A DNA stretch of 43,101 nt from a virus (taxonomy: Duplodnaviria; Caudoviricetes). Where the stretch lies: positions 1-43,101 of the IMG/VR virus record IMGVR_UViG_3300027283_000078. The stretch is one strand, 5' to 3'. Shown here piece after piece: positions 38,270-43,101 of the stretch. The number at the start of each line of letters is the position of its first letter. Within the stretch, counting starts at the first letter, position 1. The notes beneath the pieces are model-generated. The model had not been told where the DNA came from and made no database searches. It saw only the letters and a program-made list of their open reading frames with translations. A program made the translations under genes and the position numbers.

Positions 38270-38580
38270 GCCAGCGGCTCGTCGGCATCGGGCTTCTCGC
38301 CCTCGCCCGTGTCGAGCCAGTGCGAAATCCACAGAGCATGCGCCGTCAGCGGGTCGCCCTCGCGGATAGCCTGCCCCGGACTCGATCCGGGGACGTTCGC
38401 CTGCGGCTCCAAGGGCGCCTGTGCGGCCGCCGCCAAAGCCAGCTGCCGCCGCGAGGGCGTGGCGCGCCGCGGCCGCCTCAACGCTGCCTCCCGAGCCCTG
38501 GCGCGAGGGACCGGGGCGACGCCGGCATGCCGCTCGGCGGCATTGAAATGATCCGCACGCCCGGCGCTTTCGTAATACAA
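38266..38580 (-). CDS. Hypothetical early protein
   Basis: Stop overlaps the GcrA start; start uncertain. Confidence 0.45.
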   Translation of the reverse strand: MYYESAGRADHFNAAERHAGVAPVPRARAREAALRRPRRATPSRRQLALAAAAQAPLEPQANVPGSSPGQAIREGDPLTAHALWISHWLDTGEGEKPDADEPLA

Positions 38581-38624
38581 TAGTAGTCACCCGGCGCGTG
38601 CCGGGCCTTCATTGGAGGCGACGC

Positions 38625-38927
38625 GTGTTCTGGCCCTTCACCGACGAAGCACTTGCGGCCTACGAAGCGGCATTCCGCAATCGGAAGCCCGCGGCACCGG
38701 ACGTACAGGCGCGCGAGGCGGCGCCGCAGCCATGCAGCGCGGCGCTGTCGTTCTCGAACGCCGGCGTCTGCATACGCTTTGCCATGGAAGACGGCAGCAG
38801 CCTCGACCTGTTCCTCAACCCCTACGTCGCCCGGGAATTGGCATGCTCCACCTTTCAGGAGGGCGAGCGTGCGGGATGGCTCGACGAAGACGTGAACTTC
38901 CGCACCTCCCCCACCTACTGCGCCTGA
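38625..38927 (+). CDS. Hypothetical protein, antisense to the early operon
   Basis: GGAGG RBS before GTG 38625; balanced amino-acid composition; converges on the CII-like gene. Confidence 0.6.
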   Translation: MFWPFTDEALAAYEAAFRNRKPAAPDVQAREAAPQPCSAALSFSNAGVCIRFAMEDGSSLDLFLNPYVARELACSTFQEGERAGWLDEDVNFRTSPTYCA

Positions 38928-38938
38928 CCGCGGCCGCC

Positions 38939-39397
38939 TCACGACACCCCGCCCCGGCCGCCGCCGGCCTTCATCGCTGCCGCCGCACCGATCAGGTGCG
39001 TGCCCAGGGCGGCCATCTTCGGCGCCAGGTCGGCGCGCTCGCGATGGTCGAGGCGGCCGTCCTTCAGCGCCTCAGCCATGTCCGCCGTGCCGGTCGCCAG
39101 CTCGGCCAGCGTGTCGAACGCCTGCAGCTCGTCGGCGTCCAGCCGCCGCGCCCCGCCCATGCCGGCGCCGCGCAGCAGTTCGTTCGCGAACTCCGGCCCC
39201 AGATGGTCGATGACGACCAGCAGCTCGCTGACGCGCGGCTCGGTCTCGCCGCGCAGCCAGCGGCCCATCTGGTCGCGGCTGATGCCGGTCGCGTCGCAGA
39301 AGATCTCGACCGAATGCCGCCGTCCGCGCCCGACATAGAGCGCCAGGGCGTCGCGGAAGACGGCGCGGCCGTTCCGCAGATGTTCAGGGTCAACCAT
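38939..39397 (-). CDS. CII-like/XRE HTH phage regulator
   Basis: ATGISRDQMGRWLRGETEP HTH; C-terminal ALKDGRLDHRER seen in phage CII-family proteins. Confidence 0.7.
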   Translation of the reverse strand: MVDPEHLRNGRAVFRDALALYVGRGRRHSVEIFCDATGISRDQMGRWLRGETEPRVSELLVVIDHLGPEFANELLRGAGMGGARRLDADELQAFDTLAELATGTADMAEALKDGRLDHRERADLAPKMAALGTHLIGAAAAMKAGGGRGGVS

Positions 39398-39600
39398 GCG
39401 TGCACCTCGGAGCGCGGCGGCGCATGTTCACGGCACGGGTCACGGGGGCGTGACCGGCCGCGATGCGGCGCCGGCGGACGGGGGGACGATGACGAAGGGG
39501 GGAGGGCTGCACGCGGGACGGGAGTCGGGGGCTTTCGGCCCCGCCCCGCGCGCCGCTACCATCGGATGTGCAACCGAACCGATGGAGCGAACCGATGCCT

Positions 39601-39822
39601 ATGGAAGCGATCGCGCGTGTGCGCACCGAAACGCAGGCGCAGATTTCGGCGCTGATGCAACTGCAGGTCGCCCTGCTGCGCGGCCTCATGGAAGCGAAGG
39701 TCATGGACCGGAGCGCCGTCATCACGCTTCTGGCCCGGGCGCAACGGGAGCTGCCGGATGCGGCGGACCCTGCCGGCCGGGATCTCCTTCGTGCAATCGA
39801 AGAAGCGCTGCCGAGACGCTAG
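39601..39822 (+). CDS. Small helical hypothetical protein, antisense
   Basis: Amphipathic helical sequence with GC3-rich codons; start uncertain (39582-39601). Confidence 0.45.
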   Translation: MEAIARVRTETQAQISALMQLQVALLRGLMEAKVMDRSAVITLLARAQRELPDAADPAGRDLLRAIEEALPRR

Positions 39823-40096
39823 ACGCGATTGCCCTTCGCTGCCGTCGTTCCGACAGCGCCGCGCGCTCCGCCTCCCACCCGTCGATCTGCCGCGCGAGGT
39901 CCGCTGGGCGGCCGAACAGCGCGCGGTATCCGTCGAGATACCCGTGCCGCACCGCCCGCAGGGCGAGGCCGATGCGGGCGCGCAGCCCGAACAGTCGGTA
40001 TGCCCGCGGGTCGCGCGGGAAGCCCAGCAGGATACGGCTTGGCGTGTCCGGGTCGTACGGGTTCAGGTCGGCGCGCTTGCGTGCCCAGCGGTTCAC
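39722..40096 (-). CDS. Hypothetical early protein
   Basis: Begins 3 bp after the upstream stop with GGGAG RBS; 3' part overlaps an antisense ORF. Confidence 0.5.
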   Translation of the reverse strand: MNRWARKRADLNPYDPDTPSRILLGFPRDPRAYRLFGLRARIGLALRAVRHGYLDGYRALFGRPADLARQIDGWEAERAALSERRQRRAIASSVSAALLRLHEGDPGRQGPPHPAAPVAPGPEA

Positions 40097-40099
40097 GGC

Positions 40100-40609
40100 T
40101 CAGTTCTCCCAGACTGGCGGTGGCGGCGGCTTAGGGCCCTCGGCCGGCGGCGGTGTTGCGGGGCGAGACGTGCCGCCCTGCTTCAGCCGGAAAGAGCGGA
40201 TGCCGCGCAGCAGTCGGTCGATCAGCGCGATCGCATCCGCCTCGGGATCGGACCGCGGCGCCGGTTCCGTTGGCTCCCCGGCGCGAAAACCCGGACCGCC
40301 CATCGCCCAGCGCGCCAGCCGTTCGGCGGATCCAATGCGCTGGTCGAAATCGCACGTCTTGAAGCCGTCTCCGGAGCCTTTGCCCCAGCCCTTCAGCGCA
40401 TCCCACGCCCACATTCGGACGGCCGCGCTGTCCGCGGTGCCGCCCGATGCTGGCGCCTCGACAGCCTTCGCGCATTCGTCGGCAATGATGTCGCGTGAAA
40501 CGTCCACGCATTCGTCGCAGATGAACGCGGCCAGGCCGGCGATCAGCTTCTCGACCTCGTGCTGGCTCTTGCCGCAGAACGAGCAGTGGAGCCCAGGCTT
40601 TTCGGTCAT
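40100..40609 (-). CDS. ClpX C4-type zinc-finger domain protein (no AAA+ domain)
   Basis: [19 protein letters not shown]...FICDECVD closely matches the ClpX N-terminal domain; ATGA-coupled to cro. Confidence 0.88.
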   Translation of the reverse strand: MTEKPGLHCSFCGKSQHEVEKLIAGLAAFICDECVDVSRDIIADECAKAVEAPASGGTADSAAVRMWAWDALKGWGKGSGDGFKTCDFDQRIGSAERLARWAMGGPGFRAGEPTEPAPRSDPEADAIALIDRLLRGIRSFRLKQGGTSRPATPPPAEGPKPPPPPVWEN

Positions 40610-40857
40610 GCCGCGGCCTCGCCCGTCGGAGGAACAACAGGGAGCCGCCGCCGCGCTTCAGCGATCTCCGCGAGTTTGTCGAGGCTCAGACCCTCGATTC
40701 CCCGATCCGCCCCGGCGGCGATCAATGGACGCCAGTATTCGGGCGGGATGCTGTTTCGGTTCCGCCACGCACGGACGGTTACGCCGCCGAGACCAAGGTC
40801 TCCGGCGAGCGCCTCTGCGGTTGGCCAAAGGCCGATGACGGCTGCGAAGGTCTCCAT
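40606..40857 (-). CDS. cro: Cro-like repressor
   Basis: [15 protein letters not shown]...[15 protein letters not shown]; divergent from cI. Confidence 0.8.
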   Translation of the reverse strand: METFAAVIGLWPTAEALAGDLGLGGVTVRAWRNRNSIPPEYWRPLIAAGADRGIEGLSLDKLAEIAEARRRLPVVPPTGEAAA

Positions 40858-40865
40858 GAACGGCG

Positions 40866-40935
40866 ACGATACACGTCGCATTGATACGTATCAATACCGT
40901 TCGTATCGGACAGACGATGCCGCCACCGCTACAAT
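40866..40935. promoter_or_regulatory. Divergent PR/PRM-like promoters and operators
   Basis: Minus strand TTGATA-N17-TATCGT before cro; plus strand TACAAT at 40930 before cI; palindrome ATTGATACGTATCAAT; operator AATAC-N5-GTATC. Confidence 0.75.
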
Positions 40936-40942
40936 CTGTAGC

Positions 40943-41629
40943 ATGCAGACGACCCCCGCAGAGCGCCTGAAGCAGGCCCGGATCAACGCCGGCTACAAGT
41001 CGGCCGCCGCCTTCGCGAACGAGCATGGATTTACCGAGAGCACCTATCGCTCGTATGAGAACACGAATCGGGAATTGACCATCGAGGCAGCGCGCCAGGT
41101 GGCAGACGCCCTGGGGGTTCCATGGCGGTGGCTGCTCTTCGGAGACGCGGCAGCAGAGGTCCAGATCGGTGTGGAAGCGCCGGCCCCTACGCCCCGACAG
41201 GAGCCGGAAGCATATCGCCTGCAAGAGCTTGACGTCCGCGCTGCGGCGGGCGAAGGGGCGGTGATCGATTCGCCGATGCACCGGACGGTGGCTGAGTGGA
41301 CGATGCCGCGCGCGGTTCTGCGCGGACACACGACAGCCACGGCAGGTGGCTTGAAGATCATCACGGTCTACGGCGACAGCATGACGCCGGAATTTCAGCC
41401 CGGCGATCGGGTCATGGTCGACACCGGGGACCGCGTCCCCTCCCCGCCAGGCGTCTTCGTCATCTGGGACGGGTTCGGGCTGGTCGTGAAGCGGGTTGAG
41501 ATGATCCCCTACTCCGATCCGCCGATGATGCGGCTCCTATCCAGGAACGGGCAGTACGAGCCTCGCGAAATCCCGGCCCGCGAGGTGGTCATCAACGGTC
41601 GTGTTGTCGGGAAGTGGCAGTGGACATAG
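40943..41629 (+). CDS. cI: CI-like repressor (XRE HTH plus S24 peptidase)
   Basis: RLKQAR...TYRSYEN HTH, AAAG cleavage site, VYGDSM, VVKR. Confidence 0.93.
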   Translation: MQTTPAERLKQARINAGYKSAAAFANEHGFTESTYRSYENTNRELTIEAARQVADALGVPWRWLLFGDAAAEVQIGVEAPAPTPRQEPEAYRLQELDVRAAAGEGAVIDSPMHRTVAEWTMPRAVLRGHTTATAGGLKIITVYGDSMTPEFQPGDRVMVDTGDRVPSPPGVFVIWDGFGLVVKRVEMIPYSDPPMMRLLSRNGQYEPREIPAREVVINGRVVGKWQWT

Positions 41630-41667
41630 CCCAGGCCTATCCGTGATAGCCTGACCGAGGGGGGTAT

Positions 41668-42669
41668 ATGGAGTGGCGGGCTCTCGACGATATTCGCTCT
41701 GAAGCGGACCTGTGGGAGATCCTGGAGACGATCCTCGATTTTCCCGATGCGACGCCGAGCGCCGGAGTGCTCCAGATCGAGGGCTGGCAGCCGGAGCTTC
41801 TATATTTCCCGGACGAGGAGATCGGGCACAGCATCTCGCCCCGAGCCGCTCGCGGGTTGGTCGATTTTCACCGCGCTCTGTCTCGCGCTTACGCACTTGC
41901 GGTTTATGGCAAAGCGAACGCGAGCAGCCTGCGGGCAGCCGATCGGGAGTGCCTCGATCTCACAATACTAATAACATCCGGGAGTGCCGGCGCCGAGGTG
42001 GTGTGGCAGGCTCTCGACAAGCTACTCAAGGGACTCGCGAATAAGGTGACTGGACGACAGGCCGTAGCTGTCATCATTGTTTTCTTCCTCTTGTTCTTTG
42101 GCGCCGATGTCATGAAGCAGTGGCTGTCGGAGCGCCAGAAGACAGAGCAACAGAAGATCGGCACCACTGAGCGCGTGGCACTGAGCGAGGAAGAAACCCG
42201 GCGGGCCAAGATCCTAGCTGATACGTTAAACAAGGTTCCAGAGGCGGCACCGATTGCAAGCTACGCCGACGAGGGCCGCGAAGCACTTGTTGGAACCGTA
42301 ACTACTGTGCCGCGAGCGCGGGTGATTGGGATCGAGATATCCGGTGAAGAAGCTCGCGCTATCCTGTCAAAGCCACGTCAGGAGGGCCTGGGGAAGCGTG
42401 TTGACGGTCGCTACGAGGTGATCGAAATCGGCACCGAAAACCCCGAAGGCTACCTCGGCCGGATTCGCAGTGTCGGCGGCGACAGCGAATTCGATGTCGA
42501 GATCAACAAGTCTGACCTGACCGCCGACGACATCGAGGCGCTTTTCGCTGCGGTTCGGGAGAAGCGGCCGCTCAGCTTGAAAGTAAACGCTTGGATACGC
42601 GGCACACGCATCGTCCGGGCGCTGGTTCTGCGAGCAGAACAGGACGACACGCGCAAACCCCCGCTCTAA
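41668..42669 (+). CDS. Hypothetical immunity-region accessory protein with one TM-like segment
   Basis: 333-aa ORF with GAGGGGG RBS, co-oriented after cI; hydrophobic AVAVIIVFFLLFFG; lower GC. Confidence 0.8.
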   Translation: MEWRALDDIRSEADLWEILETILDFPDATPSAGVLQIEGWQPELLYFPDEEIGHSISPRAARGLVDFHRALSRAYALAVYGKANASSLRAADRECLDLTILITSGSAGAEVVWQALDKLLKGLANKVTGRQAVAVIIVFFLLFFGADVMKQWLSERQKTEQQKIGTTERVALSEEETRRAKILADTLNKVPEAAPIASYADEGREALVGTVTTVPRARVIGIEISGEEARAILSKPRQEGLGKRVDGRYEVIEIGTENPEGYLGRIRSVGGDSEFDVEINKSDLTADDIEALFAAVREKRPLSLKVNAWIRGTRIVRALVLRAEQDDTRKPPL

Positions 42670-42782
42670 ATCAACCCGACCCAGTCGCTTGCGGCAGCGC
42701 CATAATGTGCAGATGGCACCTGGCCGCGCCTAGCCAGCTACGCCCTCACAGTGATCGAGGCTGCGTAAGCTAGGCATACGTC

Positions 42783-42823
42783 GATACGATTTGTATTGAC
42801 TGTATCGATACCGCCTGTATCGT
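42783..42823 (+). promoter_or_regulatory. PL/OL-like promoter with two operators
   Basis: GATAC-N5-GTATT (42783) and GATAC-N5-GTATC (42807) overlapping TTGACT-N16-TATCGT. Confidence 0.75.
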
Positions 42824-43000
42824 TCCGCCCATCGCACCCCTCGGTGACGATCCGGCGGCGGTCGCCATGCCGCGCCGCGTGAACCTCGAAAGCCGGAAAG
42901 GCCGATTCGTCAGAGAGGACTCGGGGGGCGGCCCTGCCCGGCCGCCCCCGGCACCTCCGGCAACCGGCCCCGTCGATCGAGACAATGAGCGGAGGCACCG

Positions 43001-43101
43001 TTGCAGGCTGTCGCAACACACCCTTCCGGCATTCCGGGCGCGCCCTTCCGGACGGAGCCGGACGCCACCCTGGCCTGCGATGCGGCGGGTCGCGTGCGCG
43101 T
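43001..43101 (+). CDS. Possible first gene of the PL operon (partial)
   Basis: GGAGG followed by TTG; open to the window end. Confidence 0.3.
   Translation, partial: MQAVATHPSGIPGAPFRTEPDATLACDAAGRVR

Larger units (their letters stand above)
3680..43101 (-). mobile_element. HK97-like temperate siphoprophage (right end and its own integrase outside the window)
   Basis: Full syntenic lysis, tail, head, packaging, replication and immunity modules; left boundary inferred from the tRNA fragment. Confidence 0.9.

Overview
High-GC, alphaproteobacterial-type sequence. Most of the window (about 3680 to beyond 43101) is an HK97-like temperate siphoprophage read on the minus strand. Its order is cI/cro switch, early genes (ClpX-ZBD protein, CII-like, GcrA-like, Gp37/Gp68), primase and P4-type helicase, an iteron-rich origin, HNH-terS-terL-portal-ClpP-MCP, neck and tail genes, a beta-helix tailspike, holin candidate and GH19 lysin. 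A 15-bp copy of a tRNA-Leu 3' end at 3680-3694 looks like the prophage att boundary. If so, the 3.1-kb RTX gene is prophage cargo, and the DUF6538 integrase and DUF262 gene to its left belong to a second, tandem island. The most striking candidate new system is a three-enzyme cassette (Maf/GT-like, GT-A DxD, SAM methyltransferase) inserted between the capsid and neck genes. Its first enzyme has no convincing start and may be frameshift-fused to a small post-capsid protein, and a recurring [D/E]-G-x-S-P-[E/P] motif in neck and tail proteins could be the acceptor site, suggesting a virion glycosylation system. Also notable are an antisense Tat beta-helix plus Wzy-like surface-conversion moron and an in-frame TGA splitting the tail-tip protein. 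All family calls are from motif recognition by eye; no searches were run.
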